In this document: piece by piece, positions 17,437-25,990 of the stretch
How positions within the stretch are numbered: position 1 is the stretch's first letter
Layout of the letters: every line of letters starts with the position of its first letter
UHGV virus genome: UHGV-0119412
Origin: a virus
Length of the DNA: 30,381 bases
Strand: one strand, 5' to 3'
Translations under genes and position numbers: made by a program
The notes under the pieces: generated by a model
The model's input: only the letters and a program-made list of their open reading frames with translations
The model's database searches: none
What the model was told of the DNA's origin: nothing

Positions 17437-19206
17437 ATGACCATTTCCACCGATACAACCTTGTTGCATGACCCGCGACGGCAGGCATCGCTGCTTTACT
17501 GGCAGGGTTTTTCCGTGCCACAGATTGCCGAAATGCTGCAGGTCAAGCGCCCGACCGTGCAGAGCTGGAAGCAGCGCGACGGCTGGGACGGCATCGCGCC
17601 GATTTCCCGCGTTGAAAGCAGCCTTGAGGCTAGGCTGATTCAGCTCATCGCCAAGCCGCAAAAGACAGGGGGTGATTTCAAAGAGATTGACCTGCTCGGA
17701 CGGCAGATTGAACGGTTGGCGCGAGTCAACCGCTACAGCCAGACCGGCAACGAAGCCGACCTTAACCCCAACGTCGCCAACCGCAACAAAGGGGAGCGCA
17801 AAAAGCCGAAAAAGAATTTTTTCAGCGACGAGGCTATCGATAAACTAGAGGAATTATTTTTCGACCAGTCTTTCGAGTACCAGTTGCAGTGGTACCGCGC
17901 AGGACTGGAGCACCGTATTCGTGACATTCTCAAATCCCGCCAGATTGGCGCGACATTCTATTTCTCCCGCGAGGCACTGCTGCGCGCACTCAAAACCGGC
18001 CATAACCAGATATTTTTATCAGCCAGTAAAACGCAGGCTTACGTGTTCCGCGAATACATCATCCAGTTTGCGCGACTGGTCGACGTTGACCTGACTGGCG
18101 ACCCGATTGTCATCGGTAACAACGGCGCAAAACTGATTTTTCTCGGTACCAATTCCAACACCGCGCAGAGCCATAACGGCGATCTGTATGTCGATGAAAT
18201 ATTCTGGATCCCGAATTTTCAGAAACTGCGCAAAGTCGCCTCGGGCATGGCCTCGCAAAAGCACCTGCGCTCGACCTATTTTTCGACACCTTCCACGCTG
18301 GCGCACGGCGCTTACCCCTTCTGGTCTGGCGAGCTGTTCAACAAGGGGCGCAGCCGGATTGCCGACCGCATCGAAATCGACATCAGTCACAGCGCGCTCG
18401 CCGGTGGCCAGCTCTGCGACGATGGCCAGTGGCGGCAGATTGTCACCATTGAGGACGCCCTTGCGGGTGGCTGCACCCTGTTCGACCTCGACCAGCTCAA
18501 ACGCGAAAACAGTGATGAGGACTTTAAGAACCTGTTTATGTGCGAGTTTGTCGACGATAAAGCGTCGGTATTCCCGTTCGAGGAGCTGCAGCGCTGCATG
18601 GTCGATGTGATGGAGGAATGGGAGGACTTTGCCCCGTTCGCCGACCATCCGTTCGGCTCTCGTCCTGTCTGGATTGGCTACGACCCGTCACACACCGGCG
18701 ACAGTGCCGGGTGCGTCGTGCTCGCGCCGCCGGTGGTCTCTGGTGGCAAGTTCCGCATGCTGGAGCGCCACCAGTGGAAGGGCATGGATTTTGCAGCACA
18801 GGCAGAGGGCATCCGCAAGCTGACCGAGAAATACAACGTCGAATACATCGGCATTGACGCAACCGGCCTCGGTCTCGGCGTGTTCCAGCTGGTGCGCTCA
18901 TTTTACCCGGCGGCACGCGGCATCCGTTATACACCTGAAATGAAAACCGCAATGGTACTCAAGGCGAAAGACACCATTCGCCGTGGCTGTCTGGAGTACG
19001 ACGCCGGAGCAACCGACGTCACGCAGTCGTTTATGTCCATCCGCAAAACCATGACCAGCAGCGGGCGCAGCGCCACCTATGAGGCCAGCCGCACCGAGGA
19101 AGCCAGCCACGCCGATATCGCATGGGCGACCATGCACGCCCTGTTAAACGAACCGCTTTCTGCCGGTAGCGGCATGCAACCTAAATCTATTCTGGAGTTC
19201 AACTAA
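17437..19206 (+). CDS. P: Terminase large (ATPase) subunit gpP
   Basis: 589-aa ORF divergent from O; P2 gpP is 590 aa. Confidence 0.9.
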   Translation: MTISTDTTLLHDPRRQASLLYWQGFSVPQIAEMLQVKRPTVQSWKQRDGWDGIAPISRVESSLEARLIQLIAKPQKTGGDFKEIDLLGRQIERLARVNRYSQTGNEADLNPNVANRNKGERKKPKKNFFSDEAIDKLEELFFDQSFEYQLQWYRAGLEHRIRDILKSRQIGATFYFSREALLRALKTGHNQIFLSASKTQAYVFREYIIQFARLVDVDLTGDPIVIGNNGAKLIFLGTNSNTAQSHNGDLYVDEIFWIPNFQKLRKVASGMASQKHLRSTYFSTPSTLAHGAYPFWSGELFNKGRSRIADRIEIDISHSALAGGQLCDDGQWRQIVTIEDALAGGCTLFDLDQLKRENSDEDFKNLFMCEFVDDKASVFPFEELQRCMVDVMEEWEDFAPFADHPFGSRPVWIGYDPSHTGDSAGCVVLAPPVVSGGKFRMLERHQWKGMDFAAQAEGIRKLTEKYNVEYIGIDATGLGLGVFQLVRSFYPAARGIRYTPEMKTAMVLKAKDTIRRGCLEYDAGATDVTQSFMSIRKTMTSSGRSATYEASRTEEASHADIAWATMHALLNEPLSAGSGMQPKSILEFN

Positions 19207-19207
19207 A

Positions 19208-20254
19208 ATGGGTAAACAAAAATCCCGTAAAGCCAACGCACAAAAGGCCAGCAAACCACAACAACTGATCGCCAGCGCACCGCCAAAAACGACAGCGTTC
19301 ACCTTCGGCGAGCCGGTGCCGGTACTCGATAAGCGCGACATTCTGGATTACGTCGAGTGCATCAGTAACGGCAAATGGTACGAGCCGCCGGTCAGCTTCT
19401 CAGGGCTGGCAAAGAGTCTGCGCTCTGCCGTGCATCACAGCTCGCCAATTTATGTTAAGCGTAACGTGCTCGCGAGCACCTACATTCCGCACCCGTTGTT
19501 ATCCCGTCAGGATTTCAGCCGCTTTGCGCTCGATTATCTGGTGTTCGGTAACGCCTTTCTTGAGCAGCGCCACAGCGTCACCGGCCAGTTAATCAAACTG
19601 CTGGCCTCGCCAGCCAAATACACCCGACGCGGAGTCGACGATTCGATTTTCTGGTTTGTGGAAAACTTCACCCAGCCGCACGAGTTCGCGCCTGATACCG
19701 TGTTTCACCTGCTGGAGCCCGACATTAATCAGGAGATTTACGGCCTGCCCGAATATCTCAGCGCGCTAAATTCCGCCTGGCTGAATGAATCCGCGACGCT
19801 GTTCCGCCGCAAGTATTATCAGAACGGCGCGCACGCGGGTTACATCATGTATGTGACTGACCCGGCGCAGAGCGCGACCGACGTCGAATCGCTGCGCGAG
19901 GCGATGCGCAATTCAAAAGGGCTCGGCAACTTTAAGAACCTGTTTTTCTACGCTCCCGGCGGAAAACCGGACGGCATCAAAATCGTGCCACTGAGCGAGG
20001 TCGCCACAAAGGATGACTTTTTCAACATCAAGAAGGCCAGTGCCGCCGATCTGATGGACGCGCACCGCGTACCGTTCCAGCTCATGGGCGGCAAGCCCGA
20101 GAATATCGGTTCACTCGGTGATGTTGAGAAGGTGGCAAAGGTATTTGTGCGCAACGAGCTGTCGCCGCTACAGGACAGGTTCAGGGAGGTAAATGACTGG
20201 CTCGGCATGGAGGTCATCAGATTCAAAGAGTACACCCTCGACAACCCAGAATAA
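19208..20254 (+). CDS. Q: Portal protein gpQ
   Basis: 348-aa ORF immediately after P (2-nt gap); P2 gpQ is about 344 aa. Confidence 0.9.
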   Translation: MGKQKSRKANAQKASKPQQLIASAPPKTTAFTFGEPVPVLDKRDILDYVECISNGKWYEPPVSFSGLAKSLRSAVHHSSPIYVKRNVLASTYIPHPLLSRQDFSRFALDYLVFGNAFLEQRHSVTGQLIKLLASPAKYTRRGVDDSIFWFVENFTQPHEFAPDTVFHLLEPDINQEIYGLPEYLSALNSAWLNESATLFRRKYYQNGAHAGYIMYVTDPAQSATDVESLREAMRNSKGLGNFKNLFFYAPGGKPDGIKIVPLSEVATKDDFFNIKKASAADLMDAHRVPFQLMGGKPENIGSLGDVEKVAKVFVRNELSPLQDRFREVNDWLGMEVIRFKEYTLDNPE

Positions 20255-20331
20255 CTTAGGCCGCCACAATCTCTGCGCTCATTATTGAAGATGCAATCTG
20301 CGAAAGCTATAGTGCATCGAATATCAAAACA

Positions 20332-21336
20332 ATGGGCGCGGAGATTAATATTTTGGAAACTGATTTTAAAATAACCCTCGAAGGTTTCGCTACTGAGCAA
20401 GAAGCAAATAATATCGGTAATTTCACACTAGAAGCTATCCGAGCTTTAACAAAAAATCTCAATCTTGATATCTCCAAATTAAAATGCGTGATTGTTTCCT
20501 ATAACTTCAGTGAAGCTCTTCAAAAGGTAACATCCTCTTACCAACACAAATCCCCTAGTTCGTTTACCAATAGCAAACAGGGCGCAGCCGTCGGGCAGTT
20601 AGTAACAAAAATTGGCAATGATGGGCTATGTGAAGAATATACCCTTGTGCTATCGATTGATTTTTTTGTTGAGCTTTTCAATGATGGTAGCTTCTTAAAA
20701 CTGAAAGAAGAAGGATACCTCGCAGTCATCCATCGCATTCACCATGAATTAGTGCACGTACATGAAAAAAACTTACTAACATGCTTAGCCCAAAACTTTA
20801 CAGTCAACGAGTATGGTAGCGCGCTTCTTATCTCAGCCACGCGTGCATGGTCTGAATATCTCGCTAATTACATGTCTTCGGGGTCTGCCCCTCAAGAAAC
20901 TATCGATTTATTTTTAGAGAATCTTGACACTGTTGTAAATGAAGTATCTGACGAGATTGAAAAACTCATCTGGGGTTATAAGTACGGTAATATTTCTCTG
21001 AATGACATGTATCTCGAAGTAAAAAAACGTATCAGGCTAATCATCAACTCTTATGCTTATGCGATGGGTTATGTCCATTCTCTAAACATCAATATTAAAG
21101 AATACGATCCAAAGCTATCCCTTACACTATCCAACTCAAAGATAAGATATCAATTATCAGAATTAGGCATTGCTTTTCAGAATCTTTATGGGAAGTTTAA
21201 TGACCAGCACATTACAGGTTTTGGTGATTTTCGGGAGATAACAATAATCATTGATGAAATATTCAAGCAGTTTGGGCTTGTTTTAGAGTGTCCCGATTGG
21301 TCTGGCGACGGTGAACTCTACATACATGTAAATTAG
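20332..21336 (+). CDS. Hypothetical cargo protein with HExxH...NE motif (putative zinc-metallopeptidase-like), between portal and cos
   Basis: 334-aa AT-rich ORF. HHELVH at about nt 20740-20757, with NEYGS about 17 residues later, resembles the gluzincin HExxH-x(n)-E pattern. No obvious Shine-Dalgarno before the first ATG. Confidence 0.6.
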   Translation: MGAEINILETDFKITLEGFATEQEANNIGNFTLEAIRALTKNLNLDISKLKCVIVSYNFSEALQKVTSSYQHKSPSSFTNSKQGAAVGQLVTKIGNDGLCEEYTLVLSIDFFVELFNDGSFLKLKEEGYLAVIHRIHHELVHVHEKNLLTCLAQNFTVNEYGSALLISATRAWSEYLANYMSSGSAPQETIDLFLENLDTVVNEVSDEIEKLIWGYKYGNISLNDMYLEVKKRIRLIINSYAYAMGYVHSLNINIKEYDPKLSLTLSNSKIRYQLSELGIAFQNLYGKFNDQHITGFGDFREITIIIDEIFKQFGLVLECPDWSGDGELYIHVN

Positions 21337-21555
21337 TTTAATCATAGTAGAAACATAATTAGCAGTTTGAATCCTGCCACTCCTGTAAAGCCGCTGCTCC
21401 TGGTGGCTTTTCCATGCACACCACCATCACGCATCAGATGCGTCTCACGCGCACGAACACACCCGACCACCAACGAACCAGCAGCGACCACGACAGCGCC
21501 ATCACGACGCGCTCAGAGGATAATTTTTATTATTACGCATCACTGCTGGCGCGCA

Positions 21556-21574
21556 ATGCTTTCCCCGCCACGCC
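21556..21574. other. cos site (19-nt cohesive-end sequence, 186-type)
   Basis: The plus strand reads ATGCTTTCCCCGCCACGCC, whose reverse complement GGCGTGGCGGGGAAAGCAT matches the 186 cohesive end as I recall it (P2 differs at two positions); it lies in a GC-rich non-coding stretch between Q and the replication region, as expected. Confidence 0.6.
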
Positions 21575-21772
21575 TGCCCGCTTTATGGGGCGGTTTTAAT
21601 GCAGTTGCATGACCACTCTGGATCCCCGCCAGCTCTTGCGGCGCACGTACAAAACGGGTAATCCCGGCGCATGCAGAACCATGCACCTGTTGCATGCACA
21701 GCTTATTTATTGATAAATCACCTTAAATTTACAAAAATTACGGACATTGGTTCTTTCCAAACATGATAGCCT

Positions 21773-21788
21773 CTCGATAATTATCGAG
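21773..21788. promoter_or_regulatory. Perfect 16-bp palindrome CTCGATAATTATCGAG upstream of the 313-aa cargo gene (putative operator overlapping a -10-like GATAAT)
   Basis: Seen directly; ends about 14 nt before the GGAG Shine-Dalgarno of the ORF starting at 21812. Confidence 0.4.
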
Positions 21789-21811
21789 CCTATTTTTGAA
21801 CGGAGAAAGAT

Positions 21812-22753
21812 ATGCAAGGTGAAGTTGACGAACAGCAACCCAATGAGATTATGTCGGAGTTTGGATACTATCCAGTAGAAGTTAACATTGAGACTGAACA
21901 ATTTTCTTTGCTTACTTTACCTGGTCTCAATGAGAAAGTGGAGCGTGTTAACAATGATAAAAACGTTGTGAAAGGTTGGATATACCCTGGAAACCAAGAT
22001 GTATATAACCTTAATGGTGGCATATCCACAATGCCTTATAGTCACCGTGTATTCAGTATGCCCAAAACGCACACACTAAAATTAAAAAATACATCCTCGT
22101 TAGAAACTCTCAACTTTATTGTGTGGTGCCTTTCTTTTTTCAAGGGAATAAGATTGACAACCACTGACGCTGGTTTTTTAGATGCAACCACTATCAAGCC
22201 CACTAAGTTAACCGACTTTATTCTCGTTGGATGCTCTGAAAAAGAAATCATAGAACTGGCTCTTAATTATATAAATGGCAAACATAAGGATGCGCACTCC
22301 CCCAAAAGAATTGCGGCAGTGGTGCATGCACTATTCTTATCTCAAAACCCACAATACCTTTCTTTTGAAAAATTCCAGTACCTTTACATGGCACTTGATG
22401 GGTGCTTTGCTTTGTCGTGGGCTGAGCATGACAAGGCTCCTGATAAAAAACCGCCAAATCATTACAAGCGATTAAAGTGGATGTGCAAAATTTATGGGTT
22501 ATCAATTCCCACATGGGTGTCAGGTAAAAAAAACATTTCTGGCATCCGCAATGATAATTTTCATGAGGCTATTTTTTTTGGTCAACCGCTTGGTTTCTCA
22601 AGTATTAACAACAGTCAATATGGTAACGATATATTGCTGCAAATGCAGGCACTGGTATGTCGCCTATTAGCGGCAATACTGTCGGTTAATGATTGCAGTT
22701 ATCTCAAATCTTCGGTCAACTCACGAGATTACCATTCATTAAAAATAAATTAA
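21812..22753 (+). CDS. Hypothetical cargo protein with HEPN-like RNxxxH motif (candidate abortive-infection/defence RNase)
   Basis: 313-aa AT-rich ORF with a good Shine-Dalgarno (GGAGAAAGA) and the motif GIRNDNFHEAIFFG (about nt 22546-22563); it sits where P2 carries old/tin, between cos and the replication module. Confidence 0.65.
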   Translation: MQGEVDEQQPNEIMSEFGYYPVEVNIETEQFSLLTLPGLNEKVERVNNDKNVVKGWIYPGNQDVYNLNGGISTMPYSHRVFSMPKTHTLKLKNTSSLETLNFIVWCLSFFKGIRLTTTDAGFLDATTIKPTKLTDFILVGCSEKEIIELALNYINGKHKDAHSPKRIAAVVHALFLSQNPQYLSFEKFQYLYMALDGCFALSWAEHDKAPDKKPPNHYKRLKWMCKIYGLSIPTWVSGKKNISGIRNDNFHEAIFFGQPLGFSSINNSQYGNDILLQMQALVCRLLAAILSVNDCSYLKSSVNSRDYHSLKIN

Positions 22754-22760
22754 TACTAAC

Positions 22761-22823
22761 GCCTCGCGGTGCTCGTTGTTCAATCCCCGCCAGTACTGAA
22801 AGCGAGTTTCAGAACCGGCGGCG
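22761..22823. repeat. Copy 1 of a ~63-nt imperfect direct repeat with an internal short palindrome
   Basis: GCCTCGCGGTGCTCGTTGTTCAATCCCCGCCAGTACTGAAAGCGAGTTTCAG..., similar to the copy at 23167; internal palindrome CTGAAA..TTTCAG. Confidence 0.4.
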
Positions 22824-22827
22824 TTTG

Positions 22828-23037
22828 CTATCGTCGACGTGGTGGTGGTGCGTATTGTTTCGACCTGCTGATGCTATCCAGCTTGCCGTAATTATCCCTG
22901 ACTATTTCGGCACACCCGACCAGCTCTGCGGGTGTCAAATTCTCATTGACCATTATCTGCTGCAAACGATGAACGATGGCCATCAGTTTGATGCTTTTAG
23001 TTTTGTGCTGCGGTATTTCACCTGGTAGTCGATGCAT
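22828..23037 (-). CDS. Small hypothetical protein (69 aa)
   Basis: ATG preceded by GAGGGTG at appropriate spacing; lies between the two direct-repeat copies; no recognisable motif. Confidence 0.4.
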   Translation of the reverse strand: MHRLPGEIPQHKTKSIKLMAIVHRLQQIMVNENLTPAELVGCAEIVRDNYGKLDSISRSKQYAPPPRRR

Positions 23038-23166
23038 ATTATCACCCTCAATGAATTTTAATCAGTGCCGTCAAAACGCCACTATAAAACCATCTCAGGT
23101 CATGCCTCATTAATCATGGGCGTGTCATCAATAGCACATTGAGAAATTTTGAAAGGCAGGACTTAA

Positions 23167-23227
23167 GCCTCGTGGGCTCGTTACTCAACCCCGCCGACGC
23201 AAAAAGCTAGTTTTTGCGCCAGCACGG
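23167..23227. repeat. Copy 2 of the ~63-nt imperfect direct repeat
   Basis: GCCTCGTGGGCTCGTTACTCAACCCCGCCGACGCAAAAAGCTAGTTTTTGCG...; the internal palindrome GCAAAAAGCT/AGTTTTTGC has a different stem sequence from copy 1 at the equivalent place. Confidence 0.4.
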
Positions 23228-23236
23228 TTATTATGT

Positions 23237-23467
23237 TTAACGCCAGCTATCGTCTTCCCAAATCTCTTGTAATATGCTGCCTAATGTTTCTCTGTCCGCC
23301 TCTTTATCGAATCCGATAGCCTCTACACCAGTCATTGACCCTTTCTTAACGTTAACTTTTGTTGCAGGAAAAACGCATTGTACTCGATGTGTTATTTCAT
23401 TCTGAAAAGCATCAATGATCTGTTGCCCTAATTTTTGCTCTTTATCCAACGTGATATTGATTCTCAT
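23237..23467 (-). CDS. DinI-family protein (equivalent to the Tum C-terminal/DinI-like domain)
   Basis: 76-aa ORF MRINITLDKEQ...GSILQEIWEDDSWR closely resembles E. coli DinI as recalled (MRIEVTI...ISEILQETWES...); it lies downstream of a LexA box. Confidence 0.75.
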   Translation of the reverse strand: MRINITLDKEQKLGQQIIDAFQNEITHRVQCVFPATKVNVKKGSMTGVEAIGFDKEADRETLGSILQEIWEDDSWR

Positions 23468-23470
23468 AAT

Positions 23471-23653
23471 CTAATCAGCCTTATAAAAATTATCATCTTC
23501 GGTTTCGTTATTTTCGCTGTTTGCTAGGTCTGCAATGAGAGTGAGCGCGAGCTTTAAGTCTGATGGCTTGCAGTTTGCAATCAGAGATACCTCGGCAATA
23601 AATTGCACACAAGCCCACTTTTGCTGCGTTCGGCTGAAATGTTCGCCAACCAT
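23471..23653 (-). CDS. Small protein, in-frame upstream partner of the DinI-like ORF (possible Tum N-terminal domain)
   Basis: 60-aa ORF with a GGAGG Shine-Dalgarno; separated from the DinI-like ORF by a single in-frame TAG plus one codon; acidic C-terminus. Confidence 0.5.
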   Translation of the reverse strand: MVGEHFSRTQQKWACVQFIAEVSLIANCKPSDLKLALTLIADLANSENNETEDDNFYKAD

Positions 23654-23674
23654 GAAATCCCTCCCATAGGGTTA

Positions 23675-23690
23675 CTGTATATTTATACAG
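23675..23690. promoter_or_regulatory. LexA box (SOS operator) CTGTATATTTATACAG overlapping the promoter of the Tum/DinI-like operon
   Basis: Matches the CTGT-N8-ACAG consensus; lies 22-37 nt upstream of the 60-aa ORF start in the gap after gene A; TTGCCA and TATAAA-like hexamers are present on the minus strand. Confidence 0.7.
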
Positions 23691-23766
23691 TAGCACGTAT
23701 TGGCAAAAGATGGGAAGAAAAAAAACGAATAGAGCGATTGCTGTATGTGCATGATATGGATATGAA

Positions 23767-25989
23767 TTACTCATGTATTGGTTTTGATGCTTCAGCCATC
23801 GCCGCAACACGATTAAGGATTTTCCGAGCTTTAGCCTCATGCGATGGTGCTGCGGAAAATATTTCTCCTTTGGCCGTTCCGCGTAGCCATTTACCATCAA
23901 AACAACTTTTACCACCGGCCATCAGGTGCAGGGCTTCGCCCCGGCTGATATTAATGCCGGTTGTCAGATGTATTTCGTCGATAGTTTTAGCTATAGCTGC
24001 GTTTTGCTCATCCGTTCCGTGGATGAATTTTCGCCGTGCTGCTGGCTTTTGCTTCCTGAGTCGGTTGGTCAATTCTCGTCTTTCATGCCGACTCAGTGGT
24101 TTTGTTAAATCCAGTATCGGTGGATCGCTTTCGCTTCCCGTACAGTTATTGACAGAACTCCGAGGGACGGCTTTGCCGTCCTGAAGGTCAACGGCCAAAT
24201 CAACAGCACGCTTCGGAACAATCTTCCACTGAGTGAGCCGGGTTAAAATCGGGCTTCCTGCACCTATGGAGGAATCGTAGACCCCCTTAATACATACCGT
24301 TTCCTCACCGTACTGATTAAGCTCGGTACGCGGTTCATACAGTGTGCGCACCTGTAAATCATCGCGACGGACAAACGGCCCACCCTGAGCATTAACATAA
24401 CCAGCCCAGTCACCAGCGTCGGCGGCATCATGGACGGCGGCAAACTCAACGCTCAGACCGTGCGCGGTTTCGGTATCAGCGAGGCGACGCAACTCACGGT
24501 AAACCGTCACCGGCGCACCACCAATAAACTGAAACTGACGGATGTGCCAGCGCGCAGCCCATGCTGAAACGGCGGGGGCTGTCTCTTTCAGCAGCTCACC
24601 GCTTTCATCATCGGTTTCACCATCGAGAGCATAACCGTCGATATTTTTTGAAATGTATTTAGCAACATAGCCGGTTGCGCTGCCTTTCTCCGGGTTAATG
24701 GACTCGGCGTGGAAACGTGCTTTTTTGGATTTATCGCTTTTCAGTTCGTGGCGGTCTTCTTTCCATGCGTATTTACGGACGATGGAGCGAACATATTCAA
24801 CATCTTCCGGCAGCATGAACATCAGCATGTGCCAGTGTGGAGTGCCGTCGTGATGGGGCTCGGCGACACGAATACCGAAAATACGGACATCTTCCCGATG
24901 TAGTTTGGCACGGATACGCGCCCAGATACCGGTTAGATAGTTTTGCGTGTCAGCCGGGCTGGCACCGCTCCATTTGCTGTTACGGTAACCGGCTTTAGTC
25001 GTGGCGTGATATTTTGACGGCGCGGTTAGAGTGTAAAACTCACCGACATAACCGAGCTCATTACAGATGTTTTCAAACCCACGAATGCGGGTCATGAGCT
25101 CACAGCGGCGAATCGCAGGGTTAGCAACTGAGCCATCATATTTTTCAATCAGGCTGATACGGTTGCCGTCTTCGTCTTCGAGATCCAGACCTTTGAGAAA
25201 TTCACGAGTGCGGCGCTTTTGTTCACGCCAGTCAGTCACGCAGTTTTTACTCGCGTAAGTGTTTTTTTTCTTACTGACGTTGCCGACTGCAATTTGCAGG
25301 TGTTCGCGCCACGTAGCTGCAACACGGCGCAAACGACCGCGCCACCACCCATCGTTAAACATTTTGGCGATAGCCGGTGCGATTTCATCCGCACCGACAT
25401 ATTTTTTTTCAACCCGCTCCCAATGTGGTGGGATAACGTTGAATTGGAGGGAAATAAAGCCAGCACGAATATACCAGGTGTACAGCGTTTTAAGCTCGCC
25501 GAATCCGTGGTCATTAATGTTGGCAAGTTCACCACGAATGAAATTAGCAATATCAGCGGCCAACAGGTCAACATCAGCGCGCGACATGTCCGGGAGACGG
25601 TTATATCGGGCGACCATATTAACCATGCGTGACGACAGATATTGCATTTGCTGAGTATCAAAATGACTTCCAAAAACAGCGGTTGATACCTTGCTGTTGA
25701 TACCAGCGCATTCGTATTTTTTTGCGACCAGTTCAAGACGCGGCAATGCCTTTTTGCAGAAGCTGATTAAAAATGCATTGGCTCGTTGACTACCCTGATT
25801 TTGCTCCAGCACCGCAGCAGTGCGATAAACATCTAACCGCACGCAGTCGGGCTGGAGAGAAAGCACCTTTTTTGCATGCAGCAAAGCCGCGAACATACGG
25901 TCGCGGCGATGCTGTTGCTCATAAGTAAGGTATGGGCTGGAGATTGCCGACCGTGGGACGTTCCACGGATAAGCGAATTGAACAGCCAA
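23767..25989 (-). CDS. A: Replication initiation protein A (rolling-circle nickase, gpA-type)
   Basis: 740-aa ORF with an HUH-type motif (TPHWHMLMF); it follows the small early genes as in P2/186. Confidence 0.9.
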   Translation of the reverse strand: MAVQFAYPWNVPRSAISSPYLTYEQQHRRDRMFAALLHAKKVLSLQPDCVRLDVYRTAAVLEQNQGSQRANAFLISFCKKALPRLELVAKKYECAGINSKVSTAVFGSHFDTQQMQYLSSRMVNMVARYNRLPDMSRADVDLLAADIANFIRGELANINDHGFGELKTLYTWYIRAGFISLQFNVIPPHWERVEKKYVGADEIAPAIAKMFNDGWWRGRLRRVAATWREHLQIAVGNVSKKKNTYASKNCVTDWREQKRRTREFLKGLDLEDEDGNRISLIEKYDGSVANPAIRRCELMTRIRGFENICNELGYVGEFYTLTAPSKYHATTKAGYRNSKWSGASPADTQNYLTGIWARIRAKLHREDVRIFGIRVAEPHHDGTPHWHMLMFMLPEDVEYVRSIVRKYAWKEDRHELKSDKSKKARFHAESINPEKGSATGYVAKYISKNIDGYALDGETDDESGELLKETAPAVSAWAARWHIRQFQFIGGAPVTVYRELRRLADTETAHGLSVEFAAVHDAADAGDWAGYVNAQGGPFVRRDDLQVRTLYEPRTELNQYGEETVCIKGVYDSSIGAGSPILTRLTQWKIVPKRAVDLAVDLQDGKAVPRSSVNNCTGSESDPPILDLTKPLSRHERRELTNRLRKQKPAARRKFIHGTDEQNAAIAKTIDEIHLTTGINISRGEALHLMAGGKSCFDGKWLRGTAKGEIFSAAPSHEAKARKILNRVAAMAEASKPIHE

Positions 25990-25990
25990 T

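Noticed and set aside
18019-18648. 209-aa minus-strand ORF (also 18536..18952 and others)
   Set aside because: Antisense inside the large terminase gene; Arg/Pro-rich wrong-frame character.
21367-21612. 81-aa plus-strand ORF spanning the cos site
   Set aside because: TTG start, Pro/Thr/Arg-rich low-complexity translation in a GC-rich non-coding cos region; more likely terminase recognition DNA than a gene.
22693-23028. 111-aa plus-strand ORF overlapping the 69-aa minus-strand ORF
   Set aside because: No ribosome-binding site; starts inside the 313-aa gene's 3' end and reads through repeat copy 1; the minus-strand ORF has a proper Shine-Dalgarno and is preferred, though neither is certain.
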